The translations under genes were made by a program, and so were the position numbers. From the NCBI RefSeq assembly GCF_001194135.2, contig NC_068986.1, positions 72,445,414 through 72,509,413 of the forward strand: DNA of 64,000 nucleotides, given 5' to 3'. Position 1 is the first letter of the stretch. Every line of letters begins with the position of its first letter. The notes under the pieces were generated by a model. The model did not search any database, was not told the origin of the DNA, and saw only the letters and a program-made list of their open reading frames with translations. This DNA is from Octopus bimaculoides (Eukaryota). Below are positions 39,101-47,146 of the stretch, one piece after another.

Positions 39101-39822
39101 CTCACACATGGTGCCCAACTGACCATACTATACTGTGTAGTTGACAAAACTAAAAATATAAAATAGCGACAATTTACCAATCGCATCCTGTATAGTGTTG
39201 TCACTGACTTTGAAGTTTCGGCCTTCATCTGAGTCCAGTGAAGGTTAAGCAGACCAAAACTTCGAAATTACTATCAACACTATTTGTTAAAGAATGATAA
39301 ACATGTATTCTACAAAAGCTAATGAGTAATCCTTCAGTTTAAAGTAAAATTCTTTTTATTATAACGGGGCATATGTAGAGAGATAAAGGCAGTGCACTAG
39401 TAGAATTGTTAGCACGCCAGGTGAAATGCTTAGTGGAATTTCATCTGTCTTTGTGTTCTGAGTTCAAATTCCACCAAGGTCAGCTTTGACCTTCATCCTT
39501 TCAGACTCAATAAAATAAGTACCTATTGAGTACTGAGGATCAATGTAATTGACTAACCCACTTCCACTGAAATTGCTGGCTTTGTGCCGAAATTTGAAAT
39601 CAGTATATATATAATATGTGTGTGTGTTCGGCAAGACCTAGCAAATACCATTTGGTATTAACAATTTTTATACTGTTTACATTGTCTGGTTTAATTTTAT
39701 TTCAGCTAATGAATGCTTTGAAAGAACAACAAGATGTGAATGATCGCCTCAAGAAGTATGTTGATAAAATCATCCTTAAGATATTAGAGAAGAACCAGTC
39801 TTTACTTGAAATCAACCAATGA
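2159..39822 (+). CDS. RAB11FIP4: Rab11 family-interacting protein 3/4 (nuf ortholog), 3' part; join(2159..2261,3180..3283,13068..13158,17138..17187,20037..20118,21379..21516,23117..23260,37679..37819,39706..39822), 5' end outside window
   Basis: Nine exons spliced by hand give one open frame (970 nt: 1 split-codon nt + 322 codons + TGA). Every intron is GT..AG with matching phases. The product is a heptad-rich coiled coil ending in LMNALKEQQDVNDRLKKYVDKIILKILEKNQSLLEINQ*, matching the recalled FIP3/FIP4 Rab11-binding domain (ELMEALKEQEEINFRLRQYMDKIILAILDHNPSILEIK). The invertebrate gene is co-orthologous to FIP3 and FIP4, so the symbol is approximate. Confidence 0.93.
2480..2990 (+). mobile_element. 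SINE family 'A' with an RTE-type 3' tail (about 2622-2772) nested in its central (TG)n
   Basis: Head ggttcagtcccactgcagggcaccttgaacaagtg...ggaaactgaag, central microsatellite, tail ...aatgactgaaataagtaaaa; the inserted piece gtggttggcattaggaagggcatcc...gttaaatgatgatg matches RTE tails elsewhere in the window. Confidence 0.8.
3180..3283 (+). CDS. RAB11FIP4: FIP3/4 exon B (VRSLEKQISLLTESQMKNDDKHQRLKEENCSLIQ-K)
   Basis: tttgctttctag acceptor; AA|gtaagt donor at 3284; phase 0/2; parallels FIP4 VSFLEKKV...KLKQENTQLVHR. Confidence 0.9.
4421..4680 (+). mobile_element. tRNA-derived SINE, family 'E'
   Basis: A-box-like gtggcctaatggctagggtg, then tgtgttcttgagcaaaatacttcatttcac...ctccagtccactcagctgtaaatgagt; same head as 46442-46727. 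Confidence 0.75.
6165..6385 (+). mobile_element. Short interspersed repeat, family 'D'
   Basis: gacctgctaaaaagagtaaccaattctctcaaatcacaacc...gtcttaaaaaaag; related copies at about 32625-32835 (+), 36680-36800 (+) and 34100-34310 (-). Confidence 0.65.
8575..8750 (+). mobile_element. SINE family B
   Basis: aaaatacttagcagcatttcatctg...ttctgagttcaaattttgccaaggtcaactttgcctttcatc...cttgtgccaaattttgaaacca. Confidence 0.88.
12395..12510. repeat. Degenerate minisatellite (about 20-bp unit, about 6 copies)
   Basis: Recurring (t/c)agtca(c/t)a(c/t)t... units: ttagtcatacagtattctc / ttagtcacattggcatatc / tcagtcatattaacatatc / tcagtcacactgacgtac; follows a SINE A head at about 12215-12372. Confidence 0.6.
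13068..13158 (+). CDS. RAB11FIP4: FIP3/4 exon C (VHILEEQLREMEIRSDEQVKVEQRKHKEYT)
   Basis: ttttctttcacag acceptor; ACA|gtgtgt donor; phase 2/0; parallels FIP4 VHELEEMVKDQE...RRHREAYG. Confidence 0.9.
13495..13712 (+). mobile_element. Non-autonomous retroposon, family 'C', with RTE-type tail
   Basis: cttgcttggaaacaagtgggggttagcaacaag...aacccatgcaagcatggaaaaatcaacatttaaatgatga; the terminal ~45 nt match the RTE LINE tails. Confidence 0.7.
15248..15345 (-). mobile_element. 3' end of an RTE (Expander/Rex3-like) LINE
   Basis: (TCCA)n on plus = (TGGA)n tail; ctccacaggatccaatcagaaac matches ctctacaggatccatcagacgc at about 35382-35402. Confidence 0.55.
15557..15775. mobile_element. piggyBac-type MITE (219 bp)
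   Basis: TTAA at 15553-15556 and 15776-15779; perfect 12-bp TIR ccctttagcatt / aatgctaaaggg; no coding capacity. Confidence 0.88.
17138..17187 (+). CDS. RAB11FIP4: FIP3/4 exon D (GRHDRDKAEQLLYLSH-R)
   Basis: tattctag acceptor; AG|gtcagt donor; 50 nt, phase 0/2; parallels FIP4 KLEREKATEVELLNAR. Confidence 0.88.
17762..18955 (+). mobile_element. Head-to-tail stack of six SINE B copies
   Basis: Copies at about 17762-17951, 17954-18171, 18175-18362, 18374-18603, 18606-18767 (5'-truncated) and 18780-18950, each with the ttcaaat/gtcaactttgcctttcatcc/cttgtgcc...gaaaccatta modules. Confidence 0.85.
19346..19875 (-). mobile_element. Internally deleted Tc1/mariner element (530 bp)
   Basis: TA at 19344-19345 and 19876-19877; TIRs cagggtgtcccagaattaa (19 bp perfect, longer imperfect); minus strand retains a transposase C-terminus (KECIQLAVQELTPEMLQYVFCNAKDSFEICRDIDGEPVENFQ*). 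Confidence 0.9.
20037..20118 (+). CDS. RAB11FIP4: FIP3/4 exon E (LQDVDRHYETTKEEAARLRSEVEKLKS)
   Basis: tatctcgcag acceptor; TCG|gtatgg donor; phase 2/0. Confidence 0.9.
21379..21516 (+). CDS. RAB11FIP4: FIP3/4 exon F (EKLELHDKLAETQ...FEHERKATAQ)
   Basis: ttgtttattttag acceptor; CAG|gtagaa donor; 138 nt, phase 0/0; FEHERKATAQ parallels FIP4 FQKEREATQE. Confidence 0.92.
23117..23260 (+). CDS. RAB11FIP4: FIP3/4 exon G (LLDELGKELKELRQYK...ELEEEIKKLQE)
   Basis: tatatttcag acceptor; GAG|gttagt donor; 144 nt, phase 0/0; parallels LIEDLRKELEHLQMYK...ELEHEVKRLKQ. Confidence 0.93.
23425..25230 (-). mobile_element. Decayed RTE LINE (3' half), interrupted by gap, hairpin and (TA)n at about 23640-24250
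   Basis: Minus strand: ...KSIVARVRLRELLALLTTKRLSLQMKSRLYD (compare the 51579 ORF), then after the interruption TVNADFKRLNLKEDMTKNWNKWHNAVLTK and the tail ccaacctatgcaagtatggaaac...atgatgatg. Confidence 0.78.
24056..24169. repeat. Perfect inverted repeat (53-bp arms, 8-nt loop)
   Basis: 24056-24108 is the exact reverse complement of 24117-24169; loop aaaggcaa; the left arm starts at the first base after an N gap. Confidence 0.95.
27456..27635 (+). mobile_element. SINE family B
   Basis: gtagaatcattagcaaaatgcttagc...ttctgagttcaaattctgccgaggtcgactttgcctttc...; fairly intact, retains CpGs. Confidence 0.9.
28065..28252 (+). mobile_element. RTE-type LINE 3' tail fragment
   Basis: aaagcacttggtacactct...aagaagggcatccagct...ccagcttggaagccagatgttaattgatgatg. 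Confidence 0.7.
28996..29210. repeat. Degenerate minisatellite (25-29 bp unit, about 8 copies)
   Basis: Units resembling ggagtattgtagtaaatgagtggtctata / ggagcattgttgtcaatgagagttctata / agagtattgtgttgaatgagtattctgt. Confidence 0.75.
30535..30687. repeat. Imperfect foldback palindrome (MITE-like)
   Basis: atagtactg...tgtcaaaaagttttt...tgatacagtacca pairs with tggaagtgtatca...aaaaactttttgaca...cagtactat; loop about 8 nt. Confidence 0.8.
33160..34080 (-). mobile_element. Head-to-tail stack of at least five antisense SINE B copies (spans an N gap)
   Basis: Reverse-complement B modules at about 33160-33260, 33391-33480, 33491-33710, 33721-33900 and 33902-34080 (gaatttgaactcagaa, gatgaaaggcaaagt, ggcacaaggcc); a decayed sense copy lies at about 32990-33130. 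Confidence 0.82.
35310..35640 (-). mobile_element. 3' end of an RTE (Expander/Rex3-like) LINE
   Basis: Minus-strand translation KPACRRPKGRPKTIRLDNIHSLSRAHLGIQPESVMMVASD, the typical RPxGRP...LGI C-terminus, followed by a gatgaatgga tail. Confidence 0.7.
35715..36600 (+). pseudogene. Decayed RTE LINE reverse transcriptase fragment
   Basis: EGLPCGLLYADDLVLI (YADD at 35792-35803), then CAVCRKCFGVNSIKC...FCYLEDRL (Cys-rich segment and FxYLG-like motif); multiple frameshifts and stops. Confidence 0.85.
37679..37819 (+). CDS. RAB11FIP4: FIP3/4 exon H (ENRTLRDSNDDLNVQLL...SLADEIDNLSKEE)
   Basis: ttccattcttttttag acceptor; GAG|gtatgt donor; 141 nt, phase 0/0; parallels ENYKLRDQNDDLNGQIL...SLAAEIDTASRDE. 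Confidence 0.95.
38022..38325. mobile_element. Two abutting short repeats: plus-strand element (about 38022-38190) and antisense tRNA-headed SINE E head (about 38190-38325)
   Basis: ccagttgacctggtcaaaggaacagcctgcttatgaaattaatgtgcaagttgctgagcact...; then aaagtgtcttgctcaaggacacaa...gggaatcgaattc...cactaaaccatgcaccttca (reverse B and A boxes). Confidence 0.7.
38366..39190 (-). mobile_element. Internally deleted Tc1/mariner element (maT/DD37D-like), both TIRs retained
   Basis: TA at 38364-38365 and 39191-39192; TIRs cagggtgcagtgaataaactgt vs caggatgcgattggtaaattgt. Minus strand: MMEFTLPEIWKQ...LGVNLRTVQ joins directly to KHPDIMVFGVITSDG...LEEVVLPWVKRVAAGRP, then PPNSPDCNPLDYHVWGAVE...EAVVEANDNFIE*. 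Confidence 0.9.
39384..39604 (+). mobile_element. SINE family B, ending about 100 nt before the terminal exon acceptor
   Basis: aaggcagtgcactagtagaattgttagcacgccagg...ttctgagttcaaattccaccaaggtc...ttgtgccgaaatttgaaatc. Confidence 0.9.
39706..39822 (+). CDS. RAB11FIP4: FIP3/4 terminal coding exon (Rab11-binding domain)
   Basis: ttttatttcag acceptor; LMNALKEQQDVNDRLKKYVDKIILKILEKNQSLLEINQ then TGA at 39820-39822. Confidence 0.96.
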   Translation, partial: LMNALKEQQDVNDRLKKYVDKIILKILEKNQSLLEINQ

Positions 39823-40087
39823 TTAAAATGGTCTTTATTTTATCTTTATTTTCACCATGAATAATGTTGAGACAATGGTACCAACATCTCCAACTTCAAC
39901 ACAACTGCAGCACATACCAAAAAATAGCCCTCCAAATTTACTCATTTTCAGCATTTCTTCATTCTCTCCTTTATCTTGAAATTTTAAAACATCGATACTC
40001 AGATAAGAGAAAATGCTTTAAATTTTTCATAAAGAATTTTCAAATCAGGGTTATTTTTTTTTAAAAAAAAATCCCTAAACTGCATTC

Positions 40088-40093
40088 AATAAA
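40088..40093 (+). promoter_or_regulatory. Candidate polyadenylation signal of the FIP3/4 gene
   Basis: AATAAA about 265 nt after the stop codon; a second AATAAA at 40335-40340 is an alternative. No transcript evidence. Confidence 0.4.
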
Positions 40094-41035
40094 GACTTTA
40101 CCTTCAGGAACTATTATTCTGAAAGAAAATTACTGCTCGTTATTAAGAAAACAAAATAGGTACTTGGATTTGTTCCACTTTCAATTCTTTTCCTTGGTGA
40201 GCATAAGCAAAAAAAAATATAATTTGAATTTTATTCACGAGTAACGTGTATGAAAAGTGTATGTATGTGTGTGTATGTAATTTTGAAACTGTTGGTATTG
40301 GATAATAGTTGGTATTAAGCTTCACAAAGGCCTAAATAAAACAAATGCTGCTCTCTAGCACTGGCATACTCTGTCTTTCAGTTGGACAAATGCTATGTTG
40401 ATCAGAATACTTTTCAGGCAGTGTGATTAATTATCAACTTTCATAACTTATTTGGAATGCTTTATTTTTAGTTATTGTTTGTAAGTGTATAGAGTGTATG
40501 TGGGTATTTTATATATATTATATATGTATATATACGCACACATACTGTTTCCAAAGTACTTTCTCAGGCTTTCTGGTTTTGATTTAGCTAGCTTTTCAGT
40601 TAAAGCACATTTTTTTATGTCTAGTCATATATAGTGTATAAACTTTCATTTATTAATGAAAAATGCTACTTCATTTATTTAAAATACAAATTCTTGGAAA
40701 GAGAAAATTTATTGATTTCTATCCTGCCTTATGAATCATAGTTGTTTTCATAGAAAATCAGAATCCCTGGTTTTATTTAGTGAGATCATTTTTTTTTTAA
40801 ACCAACATAAATTAAGAATGTAAAACATGAACAGGTTGCAGTGGTTGAATGTGATCTTTCCGTCTATAAATTACATTGACCTCATCTTTCAAAAATTAAA
40901 AACATTTTTTCAATTTTTATTTTTCAATTAAAAATCCTTAAATGTTATGTGAAGTTGCAGTATCTCCTGTGTATGTTTGTGTAAATACGTAGTATGTATG
41001 TTTGTGTGCATATGGATATGTGTATATATTGTGTC

Positions 41036-41067
<32 letters not shown>

Positions 41068-42198
41068 NNNNNNNNNNNNNNNNNNNNNNNNNNNNNNNNN
41101 NNNNNNNNNNNNNNNNNNNNNNNNNNNNNNNNNNNNNNNNNNNNNNNNNNNNNNNNNNNNNNNNNNNNNNNNNNNNNNNNNNNNNNNNNNNNNNNNNNNN
41201 NNNNNNNNNNNNNNNNNNNNNNNNNNNNNNNNNNNNNNNNNNNNNNNNNNNNNNNNNNNNNNNNNNNNNNNNNNNNNNNNNNNNNNNNNNNNNNNNNNNN
41301 NNNNNNNNNNNNNNNNNNNNNNNNNNNNNNNNNNNNNNNNNNNNNNNNNNNNNNNNNNNNNNNNNNNNNNNNNNNNNNNNNNNNNNNNNNNNNNNNNNNN
41401 NNNNNNNNNNNNNNNNNNNNNNNNNNNNNNNNNNNNNNNNNNNNNNNNNNNNNNNNNNNNNNNNNNNNNNNNNNNNNNNNNNNNNNNNNNNNNNNNNNNN
41501 NNNNNNNNNNNNNNNNNNNNNNNNNNNNNNNNNNNNNNNNNNNNNNNNNNNNNNNNNNNNNNNNNNNNNNNNNNNNNNNNNNNNNNNNNNNNNNNNNNNN
41601 NNNNNNNNNNNNNNNNNNNNNNNNNNNNNNNNNNNNNNNNNNNNNNNNNNNNNNNNNNNNNNNNNNNNNNNNNNNNNNNNNNNNNNNNNNNNNNNNNNNN
41701 NNNNNNNNNNNNNNNNNNNNNNNNNNNNNNNCATATGCATTGACTGCATATTTTGTCAATGTCCTAAAAATAGCACTTGTGTTTTTATATAAAACTGTGA
41801 ACAAATGAATTATGCACGACATATAACCACTCATAACTTTTTTATTTTCTTGAGTTTTCAGAAAATTTTGCAAATTTATATTCTACACACAGGATTTCAT
41901 ATGATTATACCAAAAAAAAAAATAAAACTGTGGTGGTGCGTGATTTAAGGCCAATTTAGCTGTTATTTTTAGCACACCTCACAACCACCTCAATGACAAA
42001 AAAAAAGACAAGTAAACAACACGTATTTTGTAGTTTTAAGCATTCAATATGCATTTAATGCGATAAACAGCACATTACAAATAAAATATTTTTCAAAATG
42101 AGAAACTTATGGCACAAACTTAAAAGATTTATCCAAAAACAAAATAGTACATTACAAATTAAATATTTTTAAAAAACAAACATCTCCAACCATCTTAC

Positions 42199-42545
42199 CT
42201 GGATAATGGAGCAAGTCCTCTGCACATACTTCCTTAACATAGCTGTTATAATCAACAGCTGGTCAATGACTCATCCCCAGTTTTTCAACACAAAACCGGA
42301 CTAAAGTCAATTCTTTAACCCATGAGAAAAGGAAAAACACTACAGTCATAAGAGGAAGGGTGCCACCTTCAGACCATGTGTCTTTCTTTACTGATACAGA
42401 CTCTATGCATCCTTGGCACATGCATCACCAATACATATTCCTACGTTTTCTTGTGCTCATAAAATGCTTCTTCATTTTGCATAATTCTCTTTTGGGTATA
42501 ATAGCCTTTTCTTGCAAGTACGAAACCGCATCCTCCTCTAGTGCA
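42199..42545 (-). pseudogene. Merlin/ISXO2(IS1595)-like transposase, N-terminal fragment
   Basis: One reading frame: LEEDAVSYLQEKAIIPKRELCK...YW*CMCQGCIESVSVKKDTWSEGGTLPLMTVVFFLFSWVKELTLVRFCVEKLGMSH*PAVDYNSYVKEVCAEDLLHYP. It matches recalled motifs of eukaryotic ISXO2-like transposases (AxxFLQEKG, WRC, SIRKGTWFEG, LGMS..TAVDWNNYxREVC). Two in-frame TGA codons. Confidence 0.72.
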
Positions 42546-45090
42546 TGATTTAAGGCCTCTTTGGCTGCTATTTTTAGTATATATGACAACCATCTCAATG
42601 ACTGGAACATATTAGTCAACACATGCTTTCTCACAGACAAAAGAGTTTTCATGTTTGACTTGTTACTATGGAAACAGGCATGAATGTGTCTGTGGCTTAC
42701 AATTGGCTAAGATTACCCAAAATTTTCAAGCTTTAATAACTAATAACTCTTTATTTATTGATTTATGGCAAAAATGATTTTCATGGCATTGATTAGCATA
42801 TGAAAGTGTTTCATTACGCTGAATATGAAATCAATTCAAACATAAATTTACCTTGGCAGCCAAACAGAAAAAAATTTTCTGCTTTAGAAGTGTGCATTTC
42901 TACCCCAATAGAAAATATTTTCAGTAGTTTTATAAGTTCATGATCATCATGCAAACAAATCATTCCATTTTACCCCCCTTTCTTTCTTATTTACTTAAAT
43001 AAGGACATATGAAGTTAATGTAGTAAAGACATGTAAGGTTGATGTGATAAGTTCCTGTAAAAGTTGGTGTTATACACTATCAGATATAGTTCAACCAGAA
43101 TTAAACAAGCCACAAGTCTAGCTTCTTATCACCATCCCATGGTGCCTTTTTGTACATCACTTTATGTCCTGTAAAGAACTGTTTGATTAAGTTTTGTTTC
43201 AAATAATAATTTGATAATAAGAATTTTATTTTACTAAATCCCTCCAAGTTCTTGATTAGTTACAAAATTAGTGCAAATATATGGAGTATATTTCGTTACA
43301 TATGTACAAATTAAGCTTTCAATTAAAGTTTGTAAACTGTAACTTTTATCATTTAGTTTCAAACCAACTGTTTGAGAAAATAGTTTATCAAAAAATGTAC
43401 CTTGTAAACAAATCTAGAAATAGTTGTTATTGTCATGTGCAAATAAAATCCTCTAAAAATTGGTTTTAAGAAATACGTAGTGAAATATTGTTTTCATAGA
43501 AAGTAACTGTATAACTGAAAAATGCTGTAAAAAAGTTTTCTCTGGTTTAAATCTCCAAAAAGAGGATTTTCTTAGAGATTCTTAAGTTTAGTTTCACTTT
43601 TTAATTGAATTAATTATCATAACTACTTTATATTTGTAGATGGTATTTATTTCAGATCTGAAACAGCTTCTTGAACTTAATGTTATCTTTTGAATTGAAG
43701 ACCTCTGATATTTTCTATTTAACTGGAATCATATCACAACAACATCTGCTAAACTTTCTATATTGAAGATTAGCTTAAAGTAGCATAACACTTTTAGTTA
43801 AAACATTAATTTTCAAGAAATGTAATTTGAAATTGAAATTTTGTGAATCTAGACAAAAAAAAAAGAAAAGAGCTGGGTCATGGTAACAACTTAGATGAGT
43901 ACAAGAACTTTAATAATTAGTAATACCCATGGAAATTACACGACCCATTTTGTGGTTCTGTCTGGCATAAACATCTCCCCATTCAATAATAATATTTTGT
44001 CATTTCCTTCATAAATAACTTCAATTAATTTCTTGGAAATCTTGTTTTTTGTCTTCTGGCTTATGCAAAATATTCTTGCCTGTCATCTTTGTTGATATTT
44101 TACCTTCTTTCTTGATTAGCAATTCTCATTCTTTCCCTATTAACTTCAGCTTCATTGTTCATCTTACAACACCTAGTTTCATTTCTTACAGTAATTTTAT
44201 TCCTTTCCTCCTGATTAATGCTTCTCATCATTCTTGACTCTCCTTTCTTTGTTCCTACTTCTTATTTCTTCTCTTTAGCCTTTCCCCAATCTTTCCCTGT
44301 ATCTTCTCTGCTTTTCTCAACTCAATCCTTGTTGTCATATGTGATGATCATCGTCCACTGTCACACTCCAAACTCTGTTTCAATAATAAAATAATTTAAG
44401 AAATACTTGATATTATATAGTTGGCATAAACATACACACACACACACACACATACAAATACTAATTGCATGTGCACATATATATGCACCCACCCCACTCT
44501 CAGACACAGCTAATTGTCATTTGTGTATATATCAATAGCATTCATGTAAGTTTATGTGCACACATGCCATTAGCGTTAATTTTAATCCCTCTCTCCCTGG
44601 CTCTCACATACACACTTGCCTTCCCTCTTTCTACTGTCTGGTAGACTTTTCACACTACATGAACATATCATTAGCGCATCCTTGCTAGCAATTAATAGGT
44701 AATAGTGGTTTGTGATTTGTAATAATTTTGAGAGCCATGGAATATGGTCCAACCAATTGCGAGCATGGAAAACAAATGTCAAACAATGATGACAATATAT
44801 ATATATATANNNNNNNNNNNNNNNNNNNNNNNNNNNNNNNNNNNNNNNNNNNNNNNNNNNNNNNNNNNNNNNNNNNNNNNNNNNNNNNNNNNNNNNNNNN
44901 NNNNNNNNNNNNNNNNNNNNNNNNNNNNNNNNNNNNNNNNNNNNNNNNNNNNNNNNNNNNNNNNNNNNNNNNNNNNNNNNNNNNNNNNNNNNNNNNNNNN
45001 NNNNNNNNNNNNNNNNNNNNNNNNNNNNNNNNNNNNNNNNNNNNNNNNNNNNNNNNNNNNNNNNNNNNNNNNNNNNNNNNNNNNNNNNNN

Positions 45091-45358
45091 ACTGCTAAGT
45101 TACGGAGACGTGAACAGACCAACATCGGTTATCAAGCGATGGTGAGGGGACAAACACAGACATACACACACACACGCACACATTATATATATATGACAGG
45201 CTTTTTTCAGTTTCCGTCTACCAAATCCACTTACAAGGCTTTAGTTGGCCCAAGGCTATAGTTGAAGACACTTACCCAAGGTGCCACACAGTGGGATTGA
45301 ACCTGGAACCATGTGGTTGGTAAGCAAGCTACTTACTACACAGCCACTCCTGCACCTA
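45091..45358 (-). mobile_element. SINE family A
   Basis: actgctaagttacggagacgt...(CA)n...cagtttccgtctaccaaatccac...cccaaggtgccacacagtgggattgaacctggaaccatgtggttgg. Confidence 0.9.
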
Positions 45359-46262
45359 TATATATAAGTAAAAGAAAAGATTTTCATTTCGGTTACATCA
45401 TTTAAATCTAATTATTACCTAAAGATGTTTTCAAAAATACTTCTGATATCCTACAGTGTTCTCTCTCTCTCCCTCTTATTTAGAACAGATTGCTGTATTA
45501 TAGCAACAATGTAATTTATGCAGGGATCCTAACTGACTTTGCAAATAAATTTCAATTTCCCAATTAAAGACATTTTATATTGGCTAATGCTCCTGAGAAA
45601 GCTATGAACACTCCACAATCTAACCCTCTGTAATTAGACCTAAATAGAAATCTACATTAAAGTAACAATTAAATCAGCAAAAATATATTATTGTTTGGCT
45701 GTAATTTCCTGCAAACAAAATGGTAGTTCAGAAAAATTAACTTTGTCTTGTTTCCACCAGTATATATGACTAGCAACAAAAAGATAAACTCACAATTGGC
45801 ATTCATGTCTCAAATTCAAATTTTACTGAACTCAATATTGTCTTTCATTCCTCTAAGATTGATAATACAAATACCAGGCATATACTGGGGTTGATGTTTA
45901 TCAAACTATACCTCTCCTCTAAACATATTTGCCATATTCCAATGAAGAGTTTGTCCTATTTGAATATATATAATTAAACACTTGGCTTTGCTTTCATTTA
46001 TAAGAAAGTCAAACATTATATGCTGATTATCATTATCTTCTGTATATACATATTTTCTTTAACTGTGTGAATGTGAGAAAGAAATACTAACATAATTTAT
46101 TTTCATGTTTTGATTTTAAATTTTTGTTAATGTCACACTCCTTTTCTGAAAGGTCTACATTTCACCTAATTTATTAATTAATGTTTCCAATGGAAACTGA
46201 ACAAAAAAATTCTTTGAAATTGCTTAGATGAAGGATAAAATATATCTTTAAAAAAAAAACAC

Positions 46263-46303
<41 letters not shown>

Positions 46304-46441
46304 NNNNNNNNNNNNNNNNNNNNNNNNNNNNNNNNNNNNNNNNNNNNNNNNNNNNNNNNNNNNNNNNNNNNNNNNNNNNNNNNNNNNNNNNNNNNNNNNN
46401 NNNNNNNNNNNNNNNNNNNNNNNNNNNNNNNNNNNNNNNNN

Positions 46442-46727
46442 NCTCCAAGGCACAAGTCTGGGCAAGGTTGTTTATGGAAGACCAGCAGTCACCCATGCAT
46501 ACCAGCCTCCCCTCTCCATGCCACCGATGTTATCCAAGGGAAAGGCAAAGGCTGAGACAGCTTGGCATCAGTGATGTCACAACTCATTTCTACAGCTGAG
46601 TAAACTGGAGCAACATGAAATAAAGTGTCTTGCTCAAGAACACAATACGCAGCCCTGTCCGGGAATCGAACTCACAGCCTCACAGTTGTAAGTTCAGCGC
46701 TCTAACCACTGAGCCATGCGCCTCCAT
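46442..46727 (-). mobile_element. tRNA-derived SINE family E (well preserved)
   Basis: Minus strand begins atggaggcgcatggctcagtggttagagcg (A box)...gagttcgattcccgg (B box)...tgtgttcttgagcaagacacttta. Confidence 0.9.
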
Positions 46728-46897
46728 TATATATATATATATATATATATATAAGGAGAGTAGTTGATAAAATGAGATGTGGTTGACAGGTCAAAAATAA
46801 ATCTCCTTTGTTATTGCCTTCTTCTGTCAAAGCAACAAACTTTGCTTGCATTAAATAGTCAAGGAAATTTAGAAATAGGATGTTTTTTAATCCTTAA

Positions 46898-47146
46898 CTC
46901 TTTCATTACCATATTTCTGTTGAAATACACTGTTTGTTTCAGTTAGCATTAAAGATATTGGGAAATTTAATAAAATTACATTTTTAGATAGCACTTTTGT
47001 TCTGTTTTTAGATTGTAAAAATGGTTAACCTCATGATGGAACATAACATGAAAATTTATTGGAAGGTTTTAATTTAGGTCATTTTAAAACAGGGAGTTTG
47101 TACTATAGAACCAGGGGTGATTTCAGTCATGTTGATATCAAAACGA
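46898..47146. mobile_element. Decayed piggyBac-type MITE
   Basis: TTAA at 46894-46897 and 47147-47150 with degenerate inverted ends ctctttcattacc / gatatcaaaacga. Confidence 0.5.

Noticed and set aside
23508-46496. Long ORFs of 82-311 aa in the track (23508, 23666, 23681, 33170, 40928-41002, 44685-44744, 46174-46248)
   Set aside because: Their length comes from N runs translated as X and from (TA)n giving YIYI; not real coding sequence.
46690-46727. tRNA-like A and B boxes, here and in other SINE heads
   Set aside because: No cloverleaf or acceptor stem; continuous with SINE bodies, so not tRNA genes.
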